Assembly (NCBI RefSeq): GCF_006345805.1
Contig: NC_043004.1
Coordinates: 84,506,001 to 84,570,000 of the forward strand
Source: Octopus sinensis
Taxonomy: Eukaryota
Length of the DNA: 64,000 nt
Direction: 5' to 3'
Numbering within the stretch: position 1 is the first letter of the stretch; each line of letters opens with the position of its first letter. Below are positions 1 to 13,080 of the stretch, one piece after another. Made by a program: the position numbers and the translations under genes. The notes below the pieces were generated by a model. That model saw nothing but the letters and a program-made list of their open reading frames with translations. It made no database searches and was not told the DNA's origin.

Positions 1-528
1 CGTTTACGCGACGAAGTTGTCTTTGAAAATATTTTTTTTTCTTCGTGGAAAGCAATTAATATTCCTGAATACTGATAAAAATTTAATTTCATTTAAAAGT
101 TCCTACGACCTTTCGTCCGAACAGAGGTTGCCTTTGTTTCAGATCCACTACGTAGAACATCGTGGAAGTGTTATCTACAACAGCAATGGGTCTAACACAG
201 CGTTATGGATGAATTTATACACAGAAAGCGAAAAGTACCTGTCACATACACACGCACACGAATACACACGTACACACACACACACAGGCACTCACTCATA
301 CACACACGCAAGCATACACTCATATATCTAAAAACATATGTGTGTGCGTGCGTGTATAGATGTATTAATATGTGGATATATATGCATATATAGAGATGTA
401 CTCGCATAGCAAATAATTTGATCTGAGTTCGTGTGCTGAAACGAAAACAATTGCAGCGTGGAAGGTGTTTATAAGCCATTTAAGAAACACACAAAAGCCG
501 TTCGATTCACTTCAACATTTAAGTTTAA

Positions 529-578
529 TTTGTCAAAATATTTTCGTCGCTAAAATCCGCGACCTGTTCACTGACAAA
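529..578 (-). ncRNA. Type I hammerhead ribozyme-like motif, G3-C8 variant (antisense arm copy)
   Basis: Exact reverse complement of 617-666 within the palindrome. Confidence 0.7.
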
Positions 579-616
579 GTCCGTGCTGCATCTCAGCACG
601 GAGATGCAGCACGGAC

Positions 617-666
617 TTTGTCAGTGAACAGGTCGCGGATTTTAGCGACGAAAATATTTTGACAAA
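617..666 (+). ncRNA. Type I hammerhead ribozyme-like motif, G3-C8 core variant
   Basis: TTTGTCA-GTGAACA-G-GTCGC(GGATTTTA)GCGAC-GAAA-ATAT-TT-TGACAAA: 7-bp stem I, 5-bp stem II, palindromic helix III AATATT; predicted cut between 659 and 660. Confidence 0.7.
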
Positions 667-1414
667 TTAAACTTAAATGTTGGAGTGAATCGGCTTTTGT
701 GTGTTTCTTAAATGGCTTATAAACACCTTCCACGCTGCAATTGTTTTGTATGCATATATAGATGTATTAATATGTATATATGCGTGTGTGTGTAGGTGTG
801 TACGTATATATAGGTGTGCATGTATGTATGTACGTATCTACGTACTTCTATGACCTTTGAGTTAGTTATGCCACTGTGACTAAGCGGCTGGCTAATAGAA
901 AGAAACGACAGATTTAGTTCCAGCAAACAAGTACACTGATCTGATCGATTTGTCAGATCATATTTAAAATTGTGCCCAATGAAGACGACAAGGAAAAGAA
1001 AATACTTTGTCACAGTAGCTTACTAGATATTGTAACATAACTGGGAAGTTATATATAAAAAAACATTATCAATTTTTTGCTTTATATTTTCCTATGAAAA
1101 TAACATTCTTTAATTTATTACTTAGTATAATGGGAATATTAAAAAAAAGTGACCACCTTAGACAAACATTGTCTATTTGTCATTATATCAGCTGTTCATA
1201 TCAGTGTTGATTAAAAAATGGCTTTACATATGACACAAAATGAAGTACATCAGTTATAGTTATTTCCAAAATTCTAGTTTTCCTTCCTGCTTCGACTGCA
1301 AAACATAATTGATTTCGGGAGTAACCTGGAAATATCTGGAGTTGTTGGTGCTGTTCCGAGCAGACACGTTTTAAGATTCGTTCCTAAAAGCTAAAGTTAA
1401 ATACTCTTTCACTG

Positions 1415-1640
1415 TTTTACTTTTTTACTCTTTTACTTGTTTCAGTCATTTGACTGTGGCCATGCTGGAGCACCACCTTTACTCGAGCAAAGCGACACCA
1501 GGGCTTATTCTTTGTAAGCCTAGTATTTATTCTATCAGTCTCTTGCTGAACCGCTAAGTTACGGGGAACTAAACACACCAGGGACGGTTGTCAAGCGATG
1601 CTGGGGGGACAAACAAAGACGCACAAACATATGCACACAC

Positions 1641-1703
<63 letters not shown>

Positions 1704-1870
1704 TATATACGACGTACTTCTGTCAGTTTCCGTCTACCAAATCCACTCACAAGGATTTAGTAGGCCCGAGGCGAATGTAGACACTTCCCCAAGATGCCAC
1801 GCAGTGAGACTGAACCTGCGACCATGCAGTTCGTAAGCAAGCTACTTACCACACAACCATTCCTACGCCT
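1415..1870 (-). mobile_element. tRNA-head SINE, family A, with internal (TA)n and a repeated GAGTAAAA-type tail
   Basis: Minus strand starts GGCGTAGGAATGGTTGTGTGGTAAG (A-box-like) ... GGTTCAGTCTC (B-box-like); collinear with copies at 4303, 10153 and 39360. Confidence 0.85.
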
Positions 1871-4302
1871 ATGTTTATAAAATTAAATTTTATATGATCA
1901 TTAAGGATATAAATATATGTACTACAGGCGCTTCTATTTAACTGCCTGTGGTAGGTACCTAAGTATTCATCGAAATATTACTCGCATTTTTTGAATTTTT
2001 AATTCTTTTAATTTTTTTAGGTATATATGTTTTTATAATGTATATATGTACGTATGTAGACTTACCTAGGCAATATATATTCAGGCCTATATAAATATTG
2101 TTTACGAGCACATATATTTTCATGGTCCGAGTATTCTGTGTCAGTCTAGATAGGAGTCAAGTACACTGTCACTTCACATTAACCAATAGCCTGCACTAAT
2201 TCATCTGAGATCGCCAAACGTGATCCAGAATACTCTCTACCACACGTTTACTGTGTATCACATGAAGGGATACGCCAGTAAGAGTAAGCCTAACAAGAAA
2301 AGTCCATTCCCCGCAAGAAAACGTACGCTACAATGAAAAGATAACGAGAGGTACAAAATCAAAAGCCTTCAACTTTAAAGAACTTGAAGGAGTGCGTGAC
2401 AACTACCGCAACATTACCGCAAGTAAAATAGTAAATACTTATTTCATATTTGAATGTCAGTAACAATAACATGTGCCTTAAGCTTGATTTGACACAAAGA
2501 GTAAGGCGAAAGACAAATATACCTGAATAAGGTGGACCACACTTCAAGCGAAGTGAAAATACACTACAATTAAAACTAAAGGCAGGTGTTTAATCACAAG
2601 TTGTAATAAGCTAGTTAATATATATGCATTAATATACATACGTTTGTATATGTGGACTATTATGTGTGAGGTGCGGTTGAGAATAGTAAGGAAAGCAAGC
2701 ACCAGATTCCAGAGCCCTGTAGAAGCGGCAGTGGAAATATATTCGGCTACTCTGAGTAAACTTATCTTTCAGCTATAATTTATTTGAAATATTTTTACTT
2801 TTAGAAATATACTTTCAACTTTTATGGCGTATTGTGCTTAATTTCCTTTTAATGGAAGGTTGCAAATTTATCCCGAACACTCTGTATATATAGATTTATA
2901 ATTGAGTTTTATCTGTATGTAAGCATGTACGTACGCATAATTATGTACACATATGAATATAAAACCACCATTATGCAACTCAAACAGTGATAGACACAAG
3001 TCAAAACATAAATAACAAATAATATATATTTTTGTAAAACATATAACTAGATCTCAAAAAGTATAAAAATGAATGATCAATATATAATAAGTAAAAACAG
3101 TTGAAGGAAATAATGAATTTTAAAAACACTGTCTAGATTACGCTGAGATACTAACTTTCTAAATTAATGACTCTCGAACCCATGCCAGCATGGGACATAG
3201 ACGTTAAGTGAAATGTTAAAACAAAGTGTACTACTCATATATGCATTTAAAATAAATACAAAGCATTTATAAGCAATAAAAGGCCGATTTTGGTAATTTA
3301 TTTGACAGAGGTAGTAGATGCCCAATTCGATAATAAGCTTGACCTTGGATCTTGAAGGTTTGCATGGATCCCAGCTCACTGAAATCTCTTGCGACTGCAA
3401 ATTATGCCATCTGTAGTGCAGCGTTGTATTATCTGATTTTATTTTGGAATTCCATGGAATCTTTGATGACAATAATTTCTTCAATGGCTCTGGAGGTTGG
3501 GGAAATACATTTCCGCCACTGCAGCACTAAATATTTTTAGAACCTTTGAAAGACATGAATCTAATATAAGAAGTAATATTCTTATGATGTAAGGGAGTCA
3601 GTCAATTTCTAAAAGGTACTTCGCAAATAGAAACCTCCTTTCTCAACGTAACCTAAGAACAAGTATTTTCTGACTTTACTAATTATGTGAAAAGTTTTAA
3701 GAGTCTAAAACCATCCCTGGACCATAAGTAATGCACATTCCCAGTTTGGAGAGAACTAGTTGAAATAAACACACACACAAATACACACAGAACGGGATTA
3801 ATATTATAGATTACACACACACACGCACCCATTCAGAACGGGTTTTATATAATAGATATCTATTATTAACACATATAATTAATGTATATGCTTTGTGTAT
3901 TTCCATTTGACGTGGTGGCGTATATATACTCTCAGATCACCGGGTGTTGAAAAAACAGCTGAGCGTCATAGACAGGTGAGATAACTCACAATTCTACTTG
4001 GGTGTGATGGAAACCGTTGTTTTGCCATTTTTGCGGCTTGGCAGAATCACGTACCCGCGGAAATCGAAAGAAAGTCACCAACGTCTCATGCTCACCGCTT
4101 CTGTGCGCACGCAAGTATGTGTATGCGTTTTTGTGTGTTAAATTGCAGAAACCTGTACGTTTCACAGTGTTATACTTTAAATCGATTAAAGTACTGTAGT
4201 CGGTATAGCACTTTCGCGCCCCAGCTTTCTGCTAATTGTAATGCGCATACCTTCATTTTCCCAAAAATAAAAGACAAATCACGCGCGAACGTATGATTTC
4301 TC

Positions 4303-4530
4303 ATTCTCTTTACTCTTTTACTCTTTTACTTGTTTCACTCATTTGACTGCGGCCATGCTGGAGCACCGCCTTTAGTCGAGCAACTAGACCCCGGTACTTA
4401 TTATTTGTAAGCTCAGTACTTATTGTATCGGTCCCTTTTGCCGAACCGCTAAGTGACGGAGAAATAAACACACCAGCATCGGTGGTCAAGCAATGCTAGG
4501 GTGACCAACACAGACACACAAACACACACA

Positions 4531-4598
<68 letters not shown>

Positions 4599-4751
4599 TA
4601 CGACGGGCTTCTTTCAGTTTCCGTCTACCAAATCCACTCAGAAGGCGTTGGTCGGCCTGAGGCTATATAGTAGAAGACACTTGCCCAAGGTGCCATGCAG
4701 TGGGACTGAACCCGGAACCATGCGGTTGGTACTTACCACACAGCCACTCCT
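4303..4751 (-). mobile_element. tRNA-head SINE, family A
   Basis: Aligns end to end with 1415-1870; internal (TA)n; tail reads (ACTCTTTT)n on the plus strand. Confidence 0.85.
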
Positions 4752-5939
4752 TCACTGTTGAAGAATATATAATATCTCACTGGAGTAACATTTATTCTGG
4801 CACTCAGTTCAAGTTTTTAACATAGAGAGAACGTGGAAAGGACCTGGAAAAGGAAACGAGTTATTTAGTTGCGAGACTAGTAACATAAATATTACTGAAT
4901 GATAAAAAAAGAAACAAAAAAACGTTTCTTCTATCTAACGGTTCGTCCAGCATAGTTAATACCTTCAGGTTTGCAGTAATTAAGCAAATATGAATGAAAC
5001 AAGTGAAACGAAAAGACGAGCAACGTAGCAAAAGATGTAATCAGTATAAATTACAACTGTGATATACGTCTAGTGCATTCTTCTATACGTAGACACAATT
5101 TTATTTCCACCCATATGAATTATACAGGGTCCAGTACACGGCTACGCACACAACTATGATACAGTTGTACGTCTAGTTCTGCAAGTGTGGGCAAAACACA
5201 ACAGGAGATAGCATAAAATGTATAGAAATTAAATAAATCATTAAGCATATATCTAACTTTAGCGTCTCCTTTATTACACGATCGAGGTGTCCTGTCTTTT
5301 TAAATGATGGCGGTATATGTTTTTAAGTAAGATTTACCTCTTACGAGAATTCCTCTCGACCACCGATTCTTTAAAGAGTGTTAGTGAAATCTGGTCAAAT
5401 TTCGCCCGCTCCCTACCATTATATACACAACTGCATTCCGTTGGGCAACGTTTCTAATATTTCTATACCTGTACATATCAACCGCTCTATCTTTACTTAA
5501 TACTTATTTCCACTGAGTTGGATATTTCTCACAAAGAGCGCAAGGAGTGATTTTACTGTTTCTGTCAAACTTATCTATATATTTCGTTTATCTGGCTTGG
5601 ATTTATTATTTTTTCAACATTTTTCGACATGTTTTGTTGGGGAAGTTTTAACTGAATGCTTCTTCTATCGATACAATTTGTTGAAAATATTATATCGCCG
5701 CAAGTACTAAGTGCTTTTGATTGTACATATATGTATATATATACACATAAGAGTGTTTGTATGTTTCAGTGTTTGTTATATGTCTGCCATAAATTGTCAA
5801 TGCAACATTCCGAAAATATTATTTTGCCTGGGGAATATAGCTATCTTTGAAAATACGGTTCATTTACAATGCATTAATCCAAATGATCATACAAGAACAG
5901 ACACTGCACAAACAGACCTGTGCGTAAGTATAAACATTA

Positions 5940-6001
5940 TCTATACACACACACATACACATACAGAGAGAGAGAGACATAAACACGCTCACACACGCGC
6001 G

Positions 6002-6052
<51 letters not shown>

Positions 6053-6117
6053 TGAGATACATACAGAGAGACACACACAGAGAGACACACACAGAGAGAC
6101 ACACACAGAGAGACTGG

Positions 6118-6165
<48 letters not shown>
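5940..6165. repeat. Compound microsatellite (CA/TA/GA/GATA)
   Basis: Directly visible. Confidence 0.95.
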
Positions 6166-6764
6166 AGGATTGTATGAAAATATCAATACTGTATCATTTA
6201 TTCAATAGATTGCCAACTTACGTAACGTAATTTTAAGCCATTTTCAAAGTAAGAATTGCTGTTGCAAAAACATACCGTTTATTGAAATATGAGAATTTAA
6301 CCTTCGACCTACCATTTAGTTCGTTCATAATTACTGTGAGAATAATATATGACTGAGAAGATATTGTTTCTGGAAGTGTGTGGTATTTATCTTCATCTAA
6401 TTACATCTTTCAAATGTATATATTTCCAGTCAGCACATATACAGATAACTAATGAAGTATATGATGACGTACTGTCTTTTCAAATTGTTAACGTTTGAAT
6501 AGAGATCATAAATATATCAATGGAAAATGGAAAAGCTCATGTATATATGTATATATATATATGAATGTTTTTTCTTTCGTACATCTTAAAGTTGGAAGTT
6601 GAACGTGCAAATTCTAATGAATAAGAGAAATTTCGGTTACAAATATCTAATTTATAAAGCTTGGAAAAGACATCTCTAGAGCGAAAATTTCTTCACTACG
6701 TGCTGAGGTCTGTTATAAACCCTATAACTTATAATTCTGGCGCTTAATTTGAATCTCATGGTGT

Positions 6765-6980
6765 GTAAGCAGCTGAGATTATATGTATCCCAACTGGATA
6801 GAACGTCGAACATTTCCAGTGTGTTCTTCCCATTTGGAACTTAAATGAATTGAGTAAACTGGAACAACGTGAAGGAAGTGGTTTGCTGATGAACACAGCG
6901 CAACATTCAGTCCAGGATTTGAAACGACAATACTATGATGATGACTACAACACACTAAATACCAGGCCAGGCGCCTTCAC
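6765..6980 (-). mobile_element. Decayed tRNA-head SINE, family C
   Basis: TGAGTAAACTGGAACAACGTGAAG...GAACACAGCGCA resembles 25378-25635 and 36395-36710. Confidence 0.5.
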
Positions 6981-7217
6981 CGCAAACAGGTCGGAATCCA
7001 TAATGGAAAAGTATACGAAACACACGTATTATTTTATATAATCAAAGACAATCAACTTAGATTAAAATTACAAAGTAGATTTGAAGGATACGAAATGTTC
7101 TTTCTCTCTCTAAAATGATTGTCGACTGTGGAATCTTATGATTTGTATGTTTTTTTTGGCTGTAAAATGTGTTGACAAATATAGTCGCTTCAGTAAGATT
7201 CCGCATATCTAGTTATC

Positions 7218-7263
<46 letters not shown>

Positions 7264-7475
7264 GGTGGTGGTGGTGGTGGTGGTTTTGGTGGTGGTTCGT
7301 CGCTGATAGTAGAAATAATAGTAGTAGTAGTAGGAGGAGCTGGAGCAAGTGGAGGGAGAAGTAGAGGAGGAGGTGGTGCTGGAGGAGCAGGGAGCTAGGG
7401 GTTGTTGGTGGCGGAGGAGTCGGGAGCAACAACAGCAGCAAAAGTAGTGGTAGTAGTAGAAATAGTAGTAGTACT
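7218..7475. repeat. Compound trinucleotide repeat (TAG/TGG/GGA/CAG)
   Basis: Directly visible. Confidence 0.95.
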
Positions 7476-8359
7476 AGTATGTCGGTATGTGCTCTAATAG
7501 CACGTCGCTGCATCCACCATGTGTTGAGGATCCCTTATTCCAGCCTTTCAGTCTCTTTGGATAGTCATCTGCTTGTGAGGGTTTTACAAGTTTGGAGAGG
7601 AAATCTCATCACAACCACTTTTGCGAAACGCATACAAAATGTTCTGTCTATTATTCAACTTGACGGTCATACCCCAGGACGAGGGAAGCATCAAGAGTAG
7701 TGCTTTTTACACAAGAACAAACCACGGCACTCAGTCCAGAAAACGAAACCATGATCGCTAGATCGTGAGTTCAATAACCTAACAACTATACCACTGAAGT
7801 TTTTATGTATCATTTTGAAATCAACACAGCGCAATATGAATTCTTACTTAGGGAAAGTCTAAATTATTGGAAAAGTTGAAGATTTGTGTTGCACTAAGAA
7901 TTTACTAGTGAAAACTAGTCTTCATGCCAAAATAGAGTTATTCCTGCATAATTTTAAAATTTAATTTCGTGTAAACTATCTTCGTTTCTCTACATATCTT
8001 GAACTAATGAAGAAATCTATCACTTAATTCTCAAAGGTAAGACTTGATTCATATTATATTTGACAATTGATACGATATTCGTCCCGCTTGTCACAGCCTT
8101 GCGAATTTGATTCATTTGTATTTCCGTATATTCATGCAATTACTAATTATTTTGTATCGAAAATAATTTTATTACTTTTCTATATTTATATGGAGAATGA
8201 AACTCCCATATGATTCATTTCTGTCTCACCATTGCCATTCCTGTGTACATCGTTAATTCAATCTATATCTGAATAGGTGTTCCAGTTTGTGCAGTCACGA
8301 CACTAGCTGCTCCTACCGACTCAGTTTCGAGTTTTGCAACTCCATTTATAGTTTCAGAT

Positions 8360-8363
8360 TTCT

Positions 8364-8424
<61 letters not shown>

Positions 8425-9551
8425 TTTTGTTTTTCTTCTTCTTCTTCTTCTTCTTCTTCTTCTTTTTTGTTTTTCTTCTTCTTTTTTGTTTTTCTTCTTC
8501 TTTTCTTCTTCTTTTTTGTTTTTCTTCTTCTTTTTTCTTCTTTTTCGTCTTCTTCTTTTTCGTCTTCTTCTTTTTTTGTTTTTCTTGTTCTTCTTGTTGT
8601 TGTTGTTCTTCTTCTTCTTCTTCGTCTTCTTCTTCTCCATCTTCTTCTTCTTCGTCTTCTTCTTCTCCATCTTCTTCTTCTTCTTCTTCTTTTTTGTTTT
8701 TCTTGTTCTTCTTGTTGTTGTTGTTCTTCTCTTCTTATTCTTCTTCGTCTTCTTCTCCATCTTCTTCTTCTTCTTCTTTTTTGTTTTTCTTGTTTTTCTT
8801 GTTCTTCTTTTTCTCCTTCTTCTTCTTCTTCTCCATCTTCTTCTTCTACCTCTTCTTCTACCTCTTCTTCTTCTTCCTCTTCTTCTTCTTCCTCTTCTTC
8901 TTCTTCCTCTTCTTCTTCTTCTTATTATTATTCTACTTCTTCTCCACCTTCTTCTTCTTCTTGTCCATCTTCTTCTTCCTCTTCTTCTTCTTATTATTAT
9001 TATTCTACTTCTTCCCCATCTTCTTCTTCTTCTTGTCCATCTTCTTCTTCAACTTCTTCTTCTTCTTCTTCTTCTTCCACTTCTTCCTCTTCTTCTTCTT
9101 ATTATTATTATTCTACTTCTTCTCCATCTTCTTCTTCTTGTCCATCTTCTTCTTCCTCTTCTTCTTCTTCTTCTTATTATTATTATTCTACTTCTTCTCC
9201 ATCTTCTTCTTCTTCTTGATCATCTTCTTTTTCAACTTCTTCTTCTTCTTCGACTTCTTAATCTCCTTCTTCTCCATCTTCTTCTTCTTCGACTTCTTAA
9301 TCTCCTTCTTCTCCATCTTCTTCTTCTTCTTCTTGTCTATCTACTTCTTCAACTTCTTCTCCTTCTTCAGCTTCTGCTTCTTCTCCTTCTTCTTCGACTT
9401 CTCCATCTTTTTCTTCTCCTTCTCCTTCTTCTTCTTCTTCTTCTTCTTCTTCTTCTTCTTCTTCTTTTCTTCTCCACCTCCTCTTCCTTCTCCTCCTCCT
9501 CCTTCTTCTTCTTCTTCATCTCCATCATTTTCTTCTACTTCTCCTTATTAC

Positions 9552-9601
<50 letters not shown>

Positions 9602-9655
9602 TATTATTATTATTGTTGTTGTTGTTGTCGTTGGTGTTGTTATTATTATTATTTA
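8360..9655. repeat. ~1.3-kb complex (TCT)n / (TTA)n / (TTG)n polypyrimidine repeat
   Basis: Directly visible; explains the 310, 399 and 436 aa low-complexity ORFs. Confidence 0.95.
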
Positions 9656-9678
9656 TTTTATTTTTATATATGTGTCAC

Positions 9679-9825
9679 CGTGTGATAAGAGGCTTCATTC
9701 CCAGCCACTTGGCTCCGTCTTCTGTCCCACTGCGTAGCATCTTCGTCAAGTGTCTCCTACTATAGCTTTGCGCCAACCAAATCCTGTAAGTGGATTTTCT
9801 AGATTGAGAGAAGAAGAAGATATGT
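9679..9825 (+). mobile_element. Decayed 5' half of family A SINE
   Basis: GTCCCACTGCGTAGCATCTTCGTCAAGTGTCTCCTACTATAGC matches the family A head. Confidence 0.65.
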
Positions 9826-9865
9826 GTGTGAATATATGCGTGTCTGTGTGCGTTTGCAATTATGT

Positions 9866-9942
<77 letters not shown>

Positions 9943-10152
9943 GCCAGCATATAATAAAGAATCATTTAGGAAAAAATTCCCGTATGGCGATATATAATTC
10001 TACAGAATACAATTATATTTAATGGCACACAATCTATCATGCTAGAAGTACACACCAAATACGTCCAGCCAGTATAAGATGTCACTTCAAAATATGCACA
10101 GGTTGAAAGTAGGAATATTGGACCCACCAAAAACTACAAAAATTATTCACAT

Positions 10153-10567
10153 AGTGTGGTAAGTAGCTTGTTTACGACCATATAGTTCCGGGTTTAGTCC
10201 CACTGCGTGGCACCTTCTGCAAGTGTATTCCACTATAACCTCGGGTCGACCAAAGCCTTGTGGGTGGATTTGAGAAACGGAAACTGAAAGAAGCCCGTCG
10301 TATATATGTATATATATATATATATATATACATGTGTGTGTGTGTGTGCGTTTGTGTATGTTTGTGTATTTGTGTTTGTCCCTCTAACATCGCTTGACAA
10401 CCGATGCTGGTGTGTTTACGACCCCGTAACTCAGCGGTTCGGCTTAAAAGACTGATAGAATAAGTACTAGGCTTACAAAGAATAAGTCCTGGGGTCGATT
10501 TGATCGACTAAAGGCGGTGCTCCTGCATGGCCACTGTCAAATGACTGAAACAAGTAAAAGAGTAAAG
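10153..10567 (+). mobile_element. tRNA-head SINE, family A
   Basis: GTGTGGTAAGTAGCTTG...GGTTTAGTCCCACTGCG...GACTGAAACAAGTAAAAGAGTAAA. Confidence 0.85.
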
Positions 10568-10570
10568 ATT

Positions 10571-11223
10571 ATAGTTCTGGATTGTTCAAATTCTGGATTA
10601 GTTTAATAACTTTTCCTTGATCAGCCAAACACACTGGGTGAAATAAATGAAAATATTTATACATAACCGCAGACAAGCACACACAAAATGCGATTACATA
10701 GAAATATTCACAAATATACACTCATCAAATTTCGAAGTCCACCTCAAAACGCGTTTGGTAGGTCATCTTTCTCGCTTTCAACATGTGTATATTTTGAAGT
10801 GAAATCTAATAGTCACTGGTCGTATTTGGCATCTACTTCTAGCATATAGGCATGACAGCTTCTGTGTCTGTAATTATAATTCCATTCAATTATACATCTA
10901 TACGTATGAAATTTACGTAACAGGTTATTCTTATTTGCCTGCCGCTGATGGAATTCAATAATTCTAATGATTTATCCTGCAATTGTGTTTAGATGTATCT
11001 CATTATTTCCCGGACATTTTATTTACTTCAGTAATATTGTAACCAAATACACACGTGTTGAGGTGAACTAAACAATTCAATGTATATATTTTTGAGTATG
11101 TACTTGCATTTTGTGTGCGCTTTTCTGTGGGAATGTATAAATATTTTCATATATTTCATCCAGGATGTTTCGCTGATGAAGAAGTTATTAAACTAATCCA
11201 GAAATTAACCGATCCAGAACTAT
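10571..11223. repeat. Diverged inverted repeat (arms ~10571-10715 and ~11070-11223)
   Basis: ATAGTTCTGGATTG..TTCTGGATTAGTTTAATAAC vs GTTATTAAACTAATCCAGAAA..ATCCAGAACTAT; similarity continues for ~140 bp. Confidence 0.7.
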
Positions 11224-11429
11224 CTGAATTATTTTATTAACTCCTAGTCGGTCCGCTTTTCCCGCTTTCAAGCTGTGTACATTGTGAAGCAAAATCCTAC
11301 AGTGGCGCGGACGTATTTGGCGTCTACTTCCAGCATATGGTCTTAGTAGATTCTGTGCTCTTTATTATAAATGTATTCTATATAGTTATATATTTCTATA
11401 CATATATATGTTTATATATATATATATAT

Positions 11430-11501
<72 letters not shown>

Positions 11502-11646
11502 ATACATGTGTATATTTAGGGCTAAAAAACACTATGTGGACAGCCATATGCTGGACGTAGACCACATACGATTAAACTACAAAGAAAGAATGTTCTCCAG
11601 AGAAAATTCAGCGGACAGATGAAAATTACATAAAAATCTAGAATTA

Positions 11647-11720
11647 ATCGTATACCGGTTTCGTCTATCACCGAATAAATTACTTACGTAATCCTTCGTC
11701 CGTAGACTCATCAGTACGAT
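11647..11720 (-). ncRNA. Canonical type I hammerhead ribozyme motif
   Basis: Minus strand: ATCGTA-CTGATGA-GTCTA(35-nt loop)TAGAC-GAAA-CCGG-TA-TACGAT; perfect 6-bp stem I, intact core, palindromic ACCGGT helix III, GUA cleavage triplet. Confidence 0.85.
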
Positions 11721-12490
11721 CGTTCCAATATAATTTGTAAAATTAACGACCAGTTTTCTGTATAAAACCAGACACGTGCTTAGTTCTACCGATTACATTG
11801 GGATTAATTTCAAATGTCTGAGTTCTGGCGCGCTAAATTCCAGAAAAACAAATTCTGCAGCAAATAAAGTACTGCAGTTAATTTTGCCTATTAGAGAACA
11901 TATTTATTTTAACATTTAAATAATTAGGTAGATAAATTGAATATTAATTTAATTAATATCAATTTAAAACCAGTAGCCTAGCATATAAAAATCTGAAAAA
12001 TCAGAGAAAATTCTTATACATGTGTATATAATATACAACTTAACTTAACTCGACAAACTGTGGTTATATTGTGTTCATTTAATATTAATTCCTTTAACAT
12101 GAACAGTTAGTTACCAAGGGAAACATGGTGGCTAATGAGCATTTAATAAAGGGAGAAAGTACAAAAGATATTTCATATATCTCCGTATGTATTATCACAA
12201 CCAACATTCGTGTTCAATACACATTTCCATCATTTGTCGCAACCAGCCCATTTGTTCTCTCCTATTCTTTGTATTTATCCCATATTTCTGTTAATATACG
12301 TAAAAAGTACACACTCACACAAATACAAAAACTCACATACAGACACACGCATACATTCGTAAGTGTATATGTGCAATACAAAGAAATACATATATATATA
12401 TATGTATATATATGTGTGTATATATATATGTATATATAGATATATATGTATATATATATACATATAGATATATATCTTTATATATATATG

Positions 12491-12525
<35 letters not shown>

Positions 12526-12570
12526 CTATATATATATATATATAATATATATATATATTATATATATATA

Positions 12571-12613
<43 letters not shown>

Positions 12614-13080
12614 TATATATAACCACTTATGGTTGATTCTCTCATGAAAAGTTTCTTGCTGTCTTTACATATTCTATTTCTTTCAAGCGTGCTTATTGTT
12701 CCACAAAAATTGTTATCGCCAGCTTTTATTATCCACTTTCCGTTGCAAATTCTTTGACAGATGTTAATTCCATTTTGTTTTCTGCATACTCGAAAATCAT
12801 TTGATTATCGTTATTTACTTCTGAAACTTTCATCCTGCCGTATATCATTTCTAGGCCTCTCATTATCACTACTTTTGATTTTATACCGTCGCTATGTCAT
12901 ATAACTAGTATATAGCATCAACCACGAAACCAGACATGCGTTAAGATACGTATTATATTTTATAGTAGGCTGTATTTTATCGGTTTATTTTATATTATAA
13001 TCCTCAATGCAAGTGCCATTTCTGATAATTATATTTGTGTACCTACGTTATTTGTTTTACAAAGTATGAAATAGTCCTTA

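Larger units (their letters stand above)
444..747. mobile_element. Near-perfect fold-back palindrome (arms ~444-594 and 601-747, 6-nt loop) carrying a hammerhead motif in each arm; probable inverted Penelope-type pseudo-LTR
   Basis: AAAACAATTGCAGCGTGG...GCTGCATCTC agcacg GAGATGCAGC...CCACGCTGCAATTGTTTT; a single arm of the same family recurs at ~60102-60248. Confidence 0.85.

Noticed and set aside
3790-3860. Helitron-like 5' ends (minus-strand TCTATTATATAAAACCCG) here and near 57540
   Set aside because: No matching 3' CTAG/hairpin end could be located with confidence
8276-8360. Possible exon after ...GAATAG
   Set aside because: Weak acceptor, no donor, runs into the microsatellite
8263-9737. 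Long ORFs (165-436 aa) rich in Ser/Leu/Phe/Lys
   Set aside because: They are translations of a TCT repeat that is open in several frames, with no domain and no splice support
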